From an uncultured virus (IMG/VR IMGVR_UViG_3300035670_000196) (taxonomy: Duplodnaviria > Heunggongvirae > Uroviricota > Caudoviricetes): a stretch of 64,000 bases of DNA. Position 1 is the first letter of the stretch, and every line of letters begins with the position of its first letter. A model generated the notes under the pieces. That model worked only from the letters and a program-made list of their open reading frames with translations. It was not told where the DNA came from and did no database searches. Both the position numbers and the translations under genes were made by a program. Shown piece after piece: positions 7,988 to 18,482 of the stretch. Where the stretch lies: the IMG/VR virus record IMGVR_UViG_3300035670_000196. One strand, written 5' to 3'.

Positions 7988-10855
7988 TTAAGCGTTGGGG
8001 AATGGTAACGTTGGCACTTCAGCGCCGCTTCTGGCAACGCCTTTGGTTATTCTCACATCATCGATTTGACCATTGTAGTAAGCGTTAGAGTCGTTTTCGT
8101 TGCGGCCTAACCGAAGCCCTCGGCCAGTGCGTCCCAGGGTTTGTGATGCACTAATGGTATGGCTAAGCCGTTGCGTCCCATCAACATAGATTTTTAGCGA
8201 TGTCGGTGACTCTCGGACGATCCTGATAAAATGCCAACTGTCGTCATTGACATCAAAGCCACTGTTAGCGTCGACAAAGCCGATCGCTGTGCGATAGGCA
8301 ATCCCGATTCCTCCCCCAGAGCCGCCCTGGTTTTTGGGTCGCAGTGACCATTCTCCGTTAAGCGGTGATGCGTAAAACTGACCAATCGGCTGATGAAATC
8401 CTGTCCCTTGCGATGTTTTGAGCCATAGGTCGACGGTGAATAACCCAGTGCCGAATTCAAAATCAACATCGGCAGGAACTTCAAGCCAATCGCCACTGCC
8501 ATCTAGGGTTAGTGCACCCGTGCCAAATTTAGGATCTGTCGTCGTGACTTGGGCGTTACCGTTGGCTGTAATTGTTAGTGCGTTCAGGCTGTTGTCGGTG
8601 AATGACGTAGACCCATTTGCGCCATCGCAATGGAGCAGCAATGCAACCGAGGCATAGTCTGGGTCTACGTCGTCAGTATCCATGCTTGCTGCTGCAGTGA
8701 TTGCCCCTAGAGTTATGTTGGTGCTAACAAATTTGGCGCTAGCGGTGGCTGACGGTGTAATAGCTCCCAGCGTTGCATCACTTGTTACCGTTCCGCGCAC
8801 AAGCACAGACCCGCTTGCTGTAATACTGCCTAGAGTTGCAGCAGCTGCCACGCTGCCCAAAATGCCGATCGTTGGGCTAAACACAATTTCAGCCGTGATC
8901 TCGTCTCCGCCTAACTCAATCAATGGGGCCACAGTTGGAGTAAAGACAAGACCGGCAGTAATTAATGATTTAGCCTGGTAGCGAGGCGATACAGCTGCAG
9001 CAGTCGCGCCAACTGTGCCAATTTCAATTAGGTAAGCACTGAATGCAGCCTCGGTGCCGTCCAGCGCAATGCTTATACCATCGGCCAGATATGCTGTAGT
9101 AATCCCGCCCAGTGTCACATCAACACGAGGGAGCGGTTCATAGCTGGTCAAAAACCAGTCAGGGATAGGCCCAGTGTATTGAGCTGCCAATGATCGCCCA
9201 TGTCGGATTTTGCCCAATAGGTTGGCGATTTCAGTACACTGAGCATCGCTAGAACAAAACCCACCGGGTAGTTCAACTGTATCGGTTTTTGTTTGTTTGG
9301 CTTCGGTGCCGGAGATTGGCGTAAAGTTTGCCAGTCCTGAATACTGGACTAAATCACTATTGATTGATTCGGGCTTTCGCTCAGTCTGCGGTGGATTTGC
9401 TTCGCCCGTGTTCGTTTGGAATGACTGAGATCGTTGTTCATCCGGGACAAGGGCATATGGCGACATATCGCCAATTTCGCCATTGTAGATTTCCTGAGCT
9501 GAGCGTGATTCAAGTCGATCATATCGCCATACGTCACGCCCTTTCTTTCGCCATTTTTCAATAATTTCAGCTGATCTAAATTCAGTCGTCGCAGGGGTAA
9601 GGTTAGCTCCTAATGAAGCCCGAATACTATCAACCGTTGTTGTCACATCAGTTAATAAACCGGTCACCCCAGAATACTGAAAGTTAATTTTTGTGGTGCG
9701 ATAATTTATTGTGTTAAGTAAATCTGTACTAAATTCTTCAGAGCCAACGACTTTATTAATCCAGCCCTTGGCCCATTCTTCAGAGATTGAAACAGAGCTA
9801 AGGCTGCCGGTTACGCTGCTGTACCGGCGTGTTTCAACTGACCTGATTGCGGTACGCAGGCTATAGCTAAAACTGCTGGAACTGGGGTTGATGACGATTC
9901 TTGGAACTTGCACTAGCTTTGTGATCGTTAGCGTATTCCCGATCAACGATTCAGTGACCGATTCATAGCGACCGACTACGACATCAGTATCGCCGCTGTT
10001 TACTAAGGCCCCTTTAGTCGTGTAAAACCAAGTTTCCGATGTTCGGGGAAAAACGCCTTCTTCAGTGTTATATCCAGTGCCAGTTACGATCAGCGTTTCT
10101 GGCGGGCGTTCGGATTGATTCGTAAATTCAAAGCTTGCCTCGTCTTCCCCTATCGTAAGTGAAAATTTGGGAGCCGCTTGATTGAAATTGATAGGGGTAA
10201 GACGAGTGTTAGTTGAGCTGATCCAAAATAGGTACCCTGCGCTTGCGGCTAATTTGCCGCAAAAATTCACCCAGGCAAGCACATCTGTTTTTTGCGGGCT
10301 TTTAGTTAAAGGATAGACGCTAAGAGTGTCAGCCCCAGCAACGGCAGGCAACCCTACATCTGCCAGTATCGTATCGATTATGGCCTTGCGATCAGTTGAT
10401 GTCCCCTCTGTTACGCCAGCTTTGTCCCCTTCAACCTGAGGGAAATTGTCGGCTTCTAATAGATCAGCTAACTCAATTGAGATAGTGTTATTGGGTGGGT
10501 TCGGCGGATTAGGGATCGAGCTTATGTATAGGGCACAGGGAAATGATCTAAGCGTTCCCCCGCTGTCGGCAATTGATAGATTTAGCCTATTGCCCCTGGC
10601 CCATATCTGAGCCCCTGATGGACTGCCTGCTGTGGATCGACTATCGAGCGAAATTGCGGTATCAGTAACGTAGGTGAAAGTAGCAGTGCCAGACCAGCTT
10701 ATGCGCCCATCTGGCGCTGACGTATCCAATAGATTAGTGCTCAGCACCAGATCAACTAGCTCATCCCCAACATTGACCGTCGCCGTCGTAGAACCGGTTG
10801 CGTCGAGCACATCTATTGTTGCGTCTAGGTTTCGAGAGCCTAAGGCAATGGTCAT
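7988..10855 (-). CDS. Tail hub/central fibre protein with C-terminal LamG/ConA-like domain
   Basis: Follows the Dit-position gene. The C-terminus LLLHCDGANGSTSFTD...FTVDLW...WHFIRIVR...YVDG...GQIDDVRITKGVAR is LamG-like. Confidence 0.7.
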   Translation of the reverse strand: MTIALGSRNLDATIDVLDATGSTTATVNVGDELVDLVLSTNLLDTSAPDGRISWSGTATFTYVTDTAISLDSRSTAGSPSGAQIWARGNRLNLSIADSGGTLRSFPCALYISSIPNPPNPPNNTISIELADLLEADNFPQVEGDKAGVTEGTSTDRKAIIDTILADVGLPAVAGADTLSVYPLTKSPQKTDVLAWVNFCGKLAASAGYLFWISSTNTRLTPINFNQAAPKFSLTIGEDEASFEFTNQSERPPETLIVTGTGYNTEEGVFPRTSETWFYTTKGALVNSGDTDVVVGRYESVTESLIGNTLTITKLVQVPRIVINPSSSSFSYSLRTAIRSVETRRYSSVTGSLSSVSISEEWAKGWINKVVGSEEFSTDLLNTINYRTTKINFQYSGVTGLLTDVTTTVDSIRASLGANLTPATTEFRSAEIIEKWRKKGRDVWRYDRLESRSAQEIYNGEIGDMSPYALVPDEQRSQSFQTNTGEANPPQTERKPESINSDLVQYSGLANFTPISGTEAKQTKTDTVELPGGFCSSDAQCTEIANLLGKIRHGRSLAAQYTGPIPDWFLTSYEPLPRVDVTLGGITTAYLADGISIALDGTEAAFSAYLIEIGTVGATAAAVSPRYQAKSLITAGLVFTPTVAPLIELGGDEITAEIVFSPTIGILGSVAAAATLGSITASGSVLVRGTVTSDATLGAITPSATASAKFVSTNITLGAITAAASMDTDDVDPDYASVALLLHCDGANGSTSFTDNSLNALTITANGNAQVTTTDPKFGTGALTLDGSGDWLEVPADVDFEFGTGLFTVDLWLKTSQGTGFHQPIGQFYASPLNGEWSLRPKNQGGSGGGIGIAYRTAIGFVDANSGFDVNDDSWHFIRIVRESPTSLKIYVDGTQRLSHTISASQTLGRTGRGLRLGRNENDSNAYYNGQIDDVRITKGVARSGAEVPTLPFPNA

Positions 10856-11316
10856 GCTGTCGTTGCCCCCGTTTCCGTAAACTGCAGTTGCAGCAAATCC
10901 CCTGTTTTGTTCAGCCGGTCGAACTCAGGATATAACGTCGGCTCAGCATTGAACTGTGCATAGTACAACACCGTGGTGCTGTCGTCGTCTGCTGATGCAC
11001 CTGTAGCCAATGCCCTAGTGCGTGGGCTTGTTTCGGCAAAAGGCATTGTGTAATCTTCCAGCGTCCAGGCGGCAGGGGAGTCCCAATACAAAGCCATCAT
11101 TCGTTTCAGGGTTTCCCAGTCGTCTATGTCGAGGCGGCATTGAAAATCCCAGATGTGTTTAGGTCGATAGCTGGGTGAGCGACGAACAGAGGCACCACGG
11201 GCAGACTGCGAAATCTGAGCCCATTCGATCGTGCGGCGGGGATAGCGTTCGCCGGCAAAATCTTTGATTTCGACGCTGTAGCTGCCTAGGGTTAGGGTAA
11301 TTCCTGGTGCTGCCAT
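10852..11316 (-). CDS. Distal tail protein (Dit-like)
   Basis: Size and position directly after the tape measure gene. Confidence 0.55.
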   Translation of the reverse strand: MAAPGITLTLGSYSVEIKDFAGERYPRRTIEWAQISQSARGASVRRSPSYRPKHIWDFQCRLDIDDWETLKRMMALYWDSPAAWTLEDYTMPFAETSPRTRALATGASADDDSTTVLYYAQFNAEPTLYPEFDRLNKTGDLLQLQFTETGATTA

Positions 11317-14300
11317 TATCGCCGTCCTCTCGTTGATTGTTTTTGGAAGTCGCCCAAAATGGCCGCTGTGTCCGCTACAGGGTCTGGTGTGCTGACAGTG
11401 AGGCTAGCCACGCTGATCCCCTGCGATGCTAGCTGATCTTGGACTGAACGTTGGGTAAGCTGTGCCGTTCGGCTTTCTGCAGCCGTAGCAGCCGTGGCAG
11501 CCAAAGCTGACGGGTTGATCTGAGTGTCAACGTTTGGCCTATTACTGAGCGCTACGGCAACGTCTCGCTCAAGGATCGCTTTTCTTACTTCCTCTAGCTT
11601 GTCGGCAATCGCCGTTTGAGCGTCCTGTATTGCGGTGGTGACGTCAGCAAAACTCTGATCTGCATCAATCAGCGAAGCAATGTCACCTCGCCCTGCTAGC
11701 TGTAGAGCATCTGCAAATGCTGCCCCCCCATCTTCGCCTTGTGACGCTCTAAATGCTGCTGTGGCTAGTTGCCGATCGTCGCCTCGTGCCAATAATTGCT
11801 GAACGTCTCTGATTGCTTTAGACGCAGCTGTTGCCCCCGCTCGTCCTTCGTCGGAGCCAAAGAAACCAGCTTGCTGAGCAACTTTTAGTCGATCAGCTGC
11901 TGACTTAAGCGATGCGATTCCTTCTTCAGCGCTCTTATTGGCTTCTTGTGAAATTGCATTAAAGACGCTGCTGATAGCACCTGCCCGTGCATCGGCAATT
12001 CGCTGAGCTTGATTTATTTGTTCGTCGGCCAATGCTCGTTGCCGATTGGCTAGGTCTTCTTCCGCTTTTTTTAGCTCGTTTACTGCGTCAACTTGCTTTA
12101 ATTTTTCATCGGCTAATTGTCGTTCAACGCCTAGCTGATCAGCCAATAAAGAGTTGATTCTGTCAGTATTGGCTAGATTGTCTCGTGCGCCTTGCACTTG
12201 TTGATCAGCTAATGAAATCAACGTGCGTAAATTGGCAACCTCTTCCGCCGTTGCGCCTTCTGTTTCCGCTTTTTGTAACGCAATTCTTGCCTCGATTGCA
12301 GCTATTTCAGTAATTGCAATTTGCCGTTGGGCTTCTAGTCGATTTTGTGTTTGGGTTAATTGAAATGACTTTTCTTTGAATGAAAATTCATTTTCAATTG
12401 CGCGTTGTCTGGTTTGAGCTAAGTCTTGAGCTGCAGTTTGCGCACCTGTTATATCTTTTTCTGCCCTAGCTGTTTCTAAAGCGCTGGTAAGTCGCTGCTC
12501 TTCAAGGGCATTTATTGAGCTAGCTAATTTTTGCTGTTCATTCAGCAACGCCGACTGCTGAGATATAGCAGAGGATGCAATATCAAGCTGCTGCTGACGA
12601 ATATTGCTAAGTTCTTGGGCTCTGGCACTTTGAGCATTTAGCGAATCCAACGCGGCTTTTTTAGCGCGTTCTGCCGCTTCTTCTGCTGCATCAGCTGCAG
12701 CTTTTTGAGCGTCAATTTCTGCGTCAAGCCCTTGGATTATCAGCTTACTTTTTTCAAGCTGAGCTTTTGAAATGCGTTCGCCTGCATCTTCAGCTGTAAT
12801 TACCCCTTGCTGCTGCAATTGTTTGATCTTGGCGATTTCAGTTTCTTTAGCAGCAATTGCAGCGTCCGTGTTGCTTTCAATGAGCTTGATTTGTATGTCA
12901 GCATCTTCAGCTGTAATTTGACCGCTTGCCTGCAATTGTTTGATGCGTGCTATCGATTCCTGCTGTGATTGTTCGATGGCTCGTTCTGCGTTTTGGGTGT
13001 CACGCTCAAATGCTTTAATTGCTTTCTTATTAGCGGCTTCTCTAGCTTTTGCTGATTGATTAAAACTATCTGTTGATGCTATTGCAGTTTTTTTAGCAAG
13101 TTCAGCAATTTTATCGAATCCTTTTTCTGCAGAAGTCGAATCTATTGCAAACGAAAAAGCTTCAAATGGATCTGTAAAAAGTAATTTTAAAAATTTAATT
13201 TTATCATTGAGTTCATCAATACTTTCACTTAACGACTTGACAGGGTTTAATGCAGCAGCAAAAATATTACCAAACAAGGGTATATTTTTTACAAGATTTC
13301 TAAATTCATCAAGCAAATTAATAACAAAGAAAAATATTTGACTAAATTCCGATACTGTACTAATGGCAGCTGAAATAATGTTTAAAAAAGCTGAAGTTTG
13401 TTCTTTAATATTTTCAATGTCATTTGCGCTCAAAGCTTTAATAGCATCTCCAAATTCTAAAAATGCACTAACAAGAACACCTGTTAATTGTTCAGTAATT
13501 TCAGTTAGCAGTAATTTAATTGGAGTAAGAATATCATCAGCACTATTTAGTTGTTTTATAAAATCTGTAATGCCTTTGTTTAAAATATCAAAAACTTTGC
13601 TGTTTGATATAACGTCTAATCCTGCAGAAAACGCATTTAGTGTTGTTTGCTGCAGCGGTTCTAACGATTTACCAACGGATTGGCTAAACTCAAATATTTT
13701 ATTTTGAGCTTGACCGATGCTTTGATTAAGTGGATCAATTGCCCCTTGGACAGCGCCAGCCCCAGCAATCCATGCTTGAGCAAATTGTTCAGCATTGATA
13801 CTGCCGGATTCCAAAAGTTTCTGAAGTTCTTCAGTAGAGCCACTTGCACTCACTCCGATCTGCTGCAGCCCTTTCGCGACAATGCCAATTGCAGACGGCA
13901 ATGCTTCAGCTAACTGACCTCTTAATTCTTCGGCGGACAGTGTATTTTTTGCAAAAATTTGAGACGCTGCAACAAATGCTCGATTTTGAGCTTCGAGCGC
14001 TACGCCATTCTGAACTAAAACCTGGGAAAAGCTGGCAAAGAAATCGTTACTTAATTGCTGCTGAATGCCTGCACTTTGAGCCGCAGCAGTCAGTGAGGCG
14101 TATTGCTGAACCCCTGTCTGAATGCTGGCCCCTAGTGCATCTAGGGTGTCCCTAGCGAATTTATATGATTCTGCAGCTGCTTCCGCACTGCCTAGACTGG
14201 TTTGCAGTGTGGCATTGATAGCACGGGTCTGATTTGCTGCTGATAGGCTTGCCTGACCAAATTGAGTAACCGCACCAATTGCACCCGCCAATGCCTGAGT

Positions 14301-14909
14301 AATTAGCTGAGTGATTTGTTGCCCAACGCCCTGAAAAATGCCAGTTACAATATCGCCTAACCGGTTGGCACCGGCGATTGCTGGTTTTCCGTTTATTTGT
14401 GGCGTAATGTTAATTCTTTTTTTATTAAGCTGGCTGATTTGGCGGGCAAATTGCTCAGCATCTTTGAGCGATTTAGGGTCTAACCCAGCATTTTTTATTT
14501 GGGCTAATTGCCGCTTAAATCGCAATGCCTCATTTAATGTAGCGGCTTGCTTTCGTAGTATTTCAGCTTGCTGAGAATCGACGGCTAGAACGGCCTCTGC
14601 TGCTGCTTTTTGGGCTCTTAAGCTAACCAGTAAATCTTGATTAGCTTTTTGCGTCTGTGGGGATTGAGACGGTACTGACCCACTGCCCCCAGTAGGTCTT
14701 GGCGCTGTCACTGGTGCATTTATCTTGACATTGCCTAATGCTCGTTCGACTTGGCTTTTAATATTGCTTAATGCCTGTGGCGTAAAGCTCAGATTATTAA
14801 TGCCGATGCCGCTTCTAGCAAAAGCAGTTTGCACTTGCTGTAAAGCAGCTGTAATGCTATTTCGGCTAATGCCAATATCAAAAATTACTGAGCCTGCTGC
14901 CGTTGCCAT
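11316..14909 (-). CDS. Tape measure protein
   Basis: 1197 aa, A/Q-rich coiled coil, tape-measure motif QIFAKNTLSAEELRGQLAEALP and a hydrophobic central segment. Confidence 0.9.
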   Translation of the reverse strand: MATAAGSVIFDIGISRNSITAALQQVQTAFARSGIGINNLSFTPQALSNIKSQVERALGNVKINAPVTAPRPTGGSGSVPSQSPQTQKANQDLLVSLRAQKAAAEAVLAVDSQQAEILRKQAATLNEALRFKRQLAQIKNAGLDPKSLKDAEQFARQISQLNKKRINITPQINGKPAIAGANRLGDIVTGIFQGVGQQITQLITQALAGAIGAVTQFGQASLSAANQTRAINATLQTSLGSAEAAAESYKFARDTLDALGASIQTGVQQYASLTAAAQSAGIQQQLSNDFFASFSQVLVQNGVALEAQNRAFVAASQIFAKNTLSAEELRGQLAEALPSAIGIVAKGLQQIGVSASGSTEELQKLLESGSINAEQFAQAWIAGAGAVQGAIDPLNQSIGQAQNKIFEFSQSVGKSLEPLQQTTLNAFSAGLDVISNSKVFDILNKGITDFIKQLNSADDILTPIKLLLTEITEQLTGVLVSAFLEFGDAIKALSANDIENIKEQTSAFLNIISAAISTVSEFSQIFFFVINLLDEFRNLVKNIPLFGNIFAAALNPVKSLSESIDELNDKIKFLKLLFTDPFEAFSFAIDSTSAEKGFDKIAELAKKTAIASTDSFNQSAKAREAANKKAIKAFERDTQNAERAIEQSQQESIARIKQLQASGQITAEDADIQIKLIESNTDAAIAAKETEIAKIKQLQQQGVITAEDAGERISKAQLEKSKLIIQGLDAEIDAQKAAADAAEEAAERAKKAALDSLNAQSARAQELSNIRQQQLDIASSAISQQSALLNEQQKLASSINALEEQRLTSALETARAEKDITGAQTAAQDLAQTRQRAIENEFSFKEKSFQLTQTQNRLEAQRQIAITEIAAIEARIALQKAETEGATAEEVANLRTLISLADQQVQGARDNLANTDRINSLLADQLGVERQLADEKLKQVDAVNELKKAEEDLANRQRALADEQINQAQRIADARAGAISSVFNAISQEANKSAEEGIASLKSAADRLKVAQQAGFFGSDEGRAGATAASKAIRDVQQLLARGDDRQLATAAFRASQGEDGGAAFADALQLAGRGDIASLIDADQSFADVTTAIQDAQTAIADKLEEVRKAILERDVAVALSNRPNVDTQINPSALAATAATAAESRTAQLTQRSVQDQLASQGISVASLTVSTPDPVADTAAILGDFQKQSTRGRR

Positions 14910-15304
14910 TATATTGCCGCCCGTTTCATTTTCTTTGTATCAGTTGCCTTTTCGACCCAATTAGGCACTAACCCAGCTTTTTGTAATTTTAGATAAATTG
15001 CTGCTCCTCGCTTCGGAATTACTTGCTTGATTTCTTGGATTAAACGAATTTCTTCGTAGTCATTAACCCAAGCCGGATCCCAATCTTTGGCTCCATTTAC
15101 TAGCAGCATTAAGTGGGCAAGATTGGCAATTGGTCTGCTACTTAATTCGAGTTGATACAATTGCTCGTCTCGATAAACAGCTAATGCTTTTCGTACAAAA
15201 TCTAAGCTGCATTCGAGGTAATTATGCCAGCAGTTGAAGTCAATTGATCCTGGGTAGTAGATTTGGAGCTTAAAGAAGATTTCTTGCCAGTCTGTTTTTT
15301 TGGG
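14909..15304 (-). CDS. Tail assembly chaperone, frameshift extension (G-T type)
   Basis: The -1 frame from the slippery site C CCA AAA AAA C is open and continuous with ORF 14909..15160. Confidence 0.75.
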   Translation of the reverse strand, partial: PKKTDWQEIFFKLQIYYPGSIDFNCWHNYLECSLDFVRKALAVYRDEQLYQLELSSRPIANLAHLMLLVNGAKDWDPAWVNDYEEIRLIQEIKQVIPKRGAAIYLKLQKAGLVPNWVEKATDTKKMKRAAI

Positions 15305-15597
15305 CTGTCGCCAGTTTCCTCCTTTGCCGTTTCGGTTGATGATTGCTGTTCATTCATAAAAAAGTTAAAGCATTCACCCAGCAAATAAGACGGCAATTCT
15401 TCTAGGTCAATTTCAACTTTTCGGCTTTCGCAAAAGGCTTTTGTTACCTCTAAAGCAAACGTGATATTTTCAAAACCGCTCAATTCCCCAACGCCAAATC
15501 TTTCTTGAAGCTGGGCGATCGCCATTGCTTCCTTAACTTTCCAGTAGCCTAATGCTGGCAGTTCAATTTGCTGCCCTTCAAATTCAATGGAAAACAC
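15202..15597 (-). CDS. Tail assembly chaperone (G type)
   Basis: Lies between the tail tube and tape measure genes; slippery sequence near the 3' end. Confidence 0.75.
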   Translation of the reverse strand: MFSIEFEGQQIELPALGYWKVKEAMAIAQLQERFGVGELSGFENITFALEVTKAFCESRKVEIDLEELPSYLLGECFNFFMNEQQSSTETAKEETGDSPKKQTGKKSSLSSKSTTQDQLTSTAGIITSNAA

Positions 15598-15808
15598 GAT
15601 TCAAAATTACCTCAGTGTGGAGTGTAGCCAAATCACCCGGCAGGGTAACCGTATATTCAATTGAGTCTGGCTTTTTGGGCTCTTTCAATGTCACTTGCTT
15701 CCCTGCCATTCCATCCTGTGACCAAGCAATATCGGCAAGGATCACATCAGGGCGAATTTCACAAGCGACACAAAAGAACCCAGGGCAAACCAGAGCGTCA
15801 ATCATCAT
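15584..15808 (-). CDS. Hypothetical protein
   Basis: Coupled ORF between the tail tube and chaperone genes. Confidence 0.5.
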   Translation of the reverse strand: MMIDALVCPGFFCVACEIRPDVILADIAWSQDGMAGKQVTLKEPKKPDSIEYTVTLPGDLATLHTEVILNRVFH

Positions 15809-16518
15809 TAGGTAGCAGGCTTAGTACGGACGACTTCTTGAATATCAAAACTAAAGTTACTCAAAACCGAGTCGCCATCCTGTGCTGTCTGGTCGATGGA
15901 GGTAACCACGCCGATCGCACCAGTAAAGTCACCAGAGCCAAACACACTAGAGTCGGGCGATTCAAGTTCGGACTCGATCCACACCTTGAGCGAATTGTCT
16001 TTAGCATACTTAGCAGTCCACCCACCAGCATCATAAAAGCTGTAGCCACCATCAGCAGTTACAGAGCCAGTACCTTCACCGATAGATACGGTGGACGTGG
16101 TGTGGTCGAATGAACTAAACGTATTCGTAGATACGGATTCAGAAAAACTGAAAGACTGGCGAATGTTGAACCGAGCAGGAAATACTGCTGTTGAGTTAGC
16201 TGGGATCGTTTCCCAAATTTCCAGTGCTAACGATGTACCACTAGCAAACGTCGTACGCACACGGGCTAAATACTTATTTCCCGAACTATCGATAAATTGC
16301 AAGTATTGCCCAACCTGAATATTAAGCGTCCCAGGGTCTGACGCCAGTGTCATTGTGACATTAGCGGCTGTCCCTTCCGTGGCTGCGTCTACATCGGCGG
16401 CAGAGTTAGTCAGTGTGGCACGGGTAGGGCGGGTAGTTGAGCCAATCGGTACGATTGCAATCCGTGCGTCCACGGTTTTCGCTTGGGGCGGGTTGAGGGC
16501 TCCGGATGCTGCAGGCAT
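15808..16518 (-). CDS. Major tail tube protein
   Basis: Size, position and beta-rich C-terminus (FTGAIGVVTSIDQTAQDGD...FSFDIQ). Preceded by an AAGGAG ribosome-binding site. Confidence 0.7.
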   Translation of the reverse strand: MPAASGALNPPQAKTVDARIAIVPIGSTTRPTRATLTNSAADVDAATEGTAANVTMTLASDPGTLNIQVGQYLQFIDSSGNKYLARVRTTFASGTSLALEIWETIPANSTAVFPARFNIRQSFSFSESVSTNTFSSFDHTTSTVSIGEGTGSVTADGGYSFYDAGGWTAKYAKDNSLKVWIESELESPDSSVFGSGDFTGAIGVVTSIDQTAQDGDSVLSNFSFDIQEVVRTKPAT

Positions 16519-16534
16519 AATTTGAACTCCTTAA

Positions 16535-16963
16535 TTAAGAAACAGCAGGTAGTGTAAACGTGAAAATCATTTGCTCTGGTGCCCCTAATGCCTCGACTCT
16601 GGGTATCCGCACAGGGGGCGAATCAAACAAATTACCGAATTCTTCTAACAGTAAACCACGGGCCGTTAGTGTCGTGTCGGTGGTATCCCATTGTTTCAGG
16701 GTTATCCGTGATTGATGGGCACAAACATAATCACCGCCTAGGAGTGCCGCATACCCTGGTGACGCAATCTCAGGCTCAAGCACACACTCAAGCCCGGTTA
16801 CTTTTGGTTCCTGATAAGCTCCCAGCGGATACGTACCACGCTCAATTTTAAACGCTGTACTGGTATCACTTGAGCCCGCATTGCTTGTATAAGTATACGT
16901 ACCAAGCTCATCGGCTAACACCGATAAAATGCGACTACGAATTGCTGGGATCGTTAGCGCCAT
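16535..16963 (-). CDS. Tail terminator/completion protein (putative)
   Basis: Synteny. Confidence 0.5.
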   Translation of the reverse strand: MALTIPAIRSRILSVLADELGTYTYTSNAGSSDTSTAFKIERGTYPLGAYQEPKVTGLECVLEPEIASPGYAALLGGDYVCAHQSRITLKQWDTTDTTLTARGLLLEEFGNLFDSPPVRIPRVEALGAPEQMIFTFTLPAVS

Positions 16964-17355
16964 TACGTGAATACCCTTTTACAGTTATCGGCAAACACTT
17001 CCTCAAAGTTAACTTGCCGTTGTGTTTCAGCGATCCAATCGCGACCGGGAATAATACCGCCGTTGCTTAACGTTGCCCCGTATAAAATAATGGCTGCGTA
17101 TTCGATGTCCCAAAGAAACCGCGCCATCATAGCCGATGGGTAACTGTATGATTGGCTATCCCTGAATGCCCCTGTATCAACAATGTCACGGGGGCTCCCT
17201 ACGACAGTCCCATTACGGCGTCTGGTAACACCCGGCCAAGGAAATATAGACGACTCGATCACAGCCGTAAATGCTGCGTCAACATCATCTACTGTGCTCT
17301 TAAAAGCACGTGTCAGTCGTTGGTAAAAGACAGGGTAGAACTTTGCAGTAGCCAT
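16963..17355 (-). CDS. HK97 gp10-like neck/tail completion protein
   Basis: PRDIVDTGAFRDS...YA...G motif. Confidence 0.7.
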   Translation of the reverse strand: MATAKFYPVFYQRLTRAFKSTVDDVDAAFTAVIESSIFPWPGVTRRRNGTVVGSPRDIVDTGAFRDSQSYSYPSAMMARFLWDIEYAAIILYGATLSNGGIIPGRDWIAETQRQVNFEEVFADNCKRVFT

Positions 17356-17448
17356 GCTGTCAGCATTGCATGGACTCCGCTAAAATACAGCTACAGTCCC
17401 GATTCAGGCCTGCAAAATGCTTCAATTGTTCTCAATCAGTGCCAACGC

Positions 17449-17775
17449 ATGGCCTATCTAAAAACGACAATAGGCAGTGCTCAGATAGACATGCTCGATC
17501 AATTGGCTGCGCGGTACGGGTATGAGGGCAAAACAGCCCGGTCTGATACCGTGGCTTACCTGATAGTGGAGGCATGGAGAAGAGATGGTTACAGTAACCG
17601 CTGGGGCGACATTAGGGCCAAGGCTGCCCGTGTGTTGTCTCGGATCAGGAACTGGCCCACGCCGCTATTGCCCACTGAAATAAAAGCGGTTGGCTTCAAG
17701 GATGGGCATGTTAGTGTCACAACTACCCTATCGGGTGAGCCTTACAGTTTGCGATTAAAGGAGTGGGAAGAATGA
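17449..17775 (+). CDS. Putative ribbon-helix-helix DNA-binding protein
   Basis: MAYLKTTIG...MLDQLAARYG...RSDTVAYLI. Oriented opposite to the tail operon. Confidence 0.45.
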   Translation: MAYLKTTIGSAQIDMLDQLAARYGYEGKTARSDTVAYLIVEAWRRDGYSNRWGDIRAKAARVLSRIRNWPTPLLPTEIKAVGFKDGHVSVTTTLSGEPYSLRLKEWEE

Positions 17776-17927
17776 ATAAATGGATGCTAGGTGTGATGAC
17801 TTGCTCGATCGTTGTCCTGGTAGCGATCGCCGGGTATTACGTATGGTTTTCAACGACTGAAGAAGAATGCTTTATCGGCATGAACCAGACTAGATTCGAT
17901 TGCCTGGATGGAAAACGACGCAGATAA
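17772..17927 (+). CDS. Small membrane-anchored protein (51 aa, not in the ORF track)
   Basis: MNKWMLGVMTCSIVVLVAIAGYYVWFS... Starts in an ATGA overlap and is followed by the hairpin CCCCTGAT...ATCAGGGG. Confidence 0.5.
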   Translation: MNKWMLGVMTCSIVVLVAIAGYYVWFSTTEEECFIGMNQTRFDCLDGKRRR

Positions 17928-17992
17928 AAAACCCCTGATCCATCGCATCAGGGGCCATCAAGAAGGGTGCGTTTCGATCTTTATTGTAGCTG

Positions 17993-18406
17993 CTAATCAG
18001 GCGTAAATCTAGCATCAAACCGCTCGCCAACGGCAGTTGAGCCTTGAGTGATAGCGGTTAGCTTGCATTCCAGGCGTCCGGCAATCCCATCTATAGTTAC
18101 AGTGCCGACTAATATCCTCTGCTGGCGTAATTTTGACGGGAACACGGGGGGCGTCCCCTCGTTGACCCAGCCGTGGTAAATGGTTTGGTGCTGATCTGTC
18201 CCAGGGAATAATCGATCAGTTTTGGCGCTGGGAGATGTCCGCTTGAGTCGGCATGATAACTGTATTGATGCCACAGCCGATGGAACACGGTTGCCATCTG
18301 CATCTGTAGTAAATCCGCTAGGAATTTTGAACGTCACAAGATAGGCAGTTGCTAAATATTGCCCAGCTGGCGACGTTTTTAATTTAGAAAGTGTGGGCAA
18401 TGTCAT
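17993..18406 (-). CDS. Head closure / head-tail joining protein (putative)
   Basis: First gene of the tail operon; TDADGNRV motif. Confidence 0.5.
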   Translation of the reverse strand: MTLPTLSKLKTSPAGQYLATAYLVTFKIPSGFTTDADGNRVPSAVASIQLSCRLKRTSPSAKTDRLFPGTDQHQTIYHGWVNEGTPPVFPSKLRQQRILVGTVTIDGIAGRLECKLTAITQGSTAVGERFDARFTPD

Positions 18407-18482
18407 TTTTTGTACCTCTAAAAATGAAATAGAACAACGGTATTGGTTATCCTAGAATCAACTTGACATTGATTCCGGAATC

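Noticed and set aside
5654..17070. Short plus-strand ORFs opposite the tail genes, and similar shadow ORFs elsewhere
   Set aside because: They are antisense or frame shadows of well-supported genes and have no recognisable motifs.
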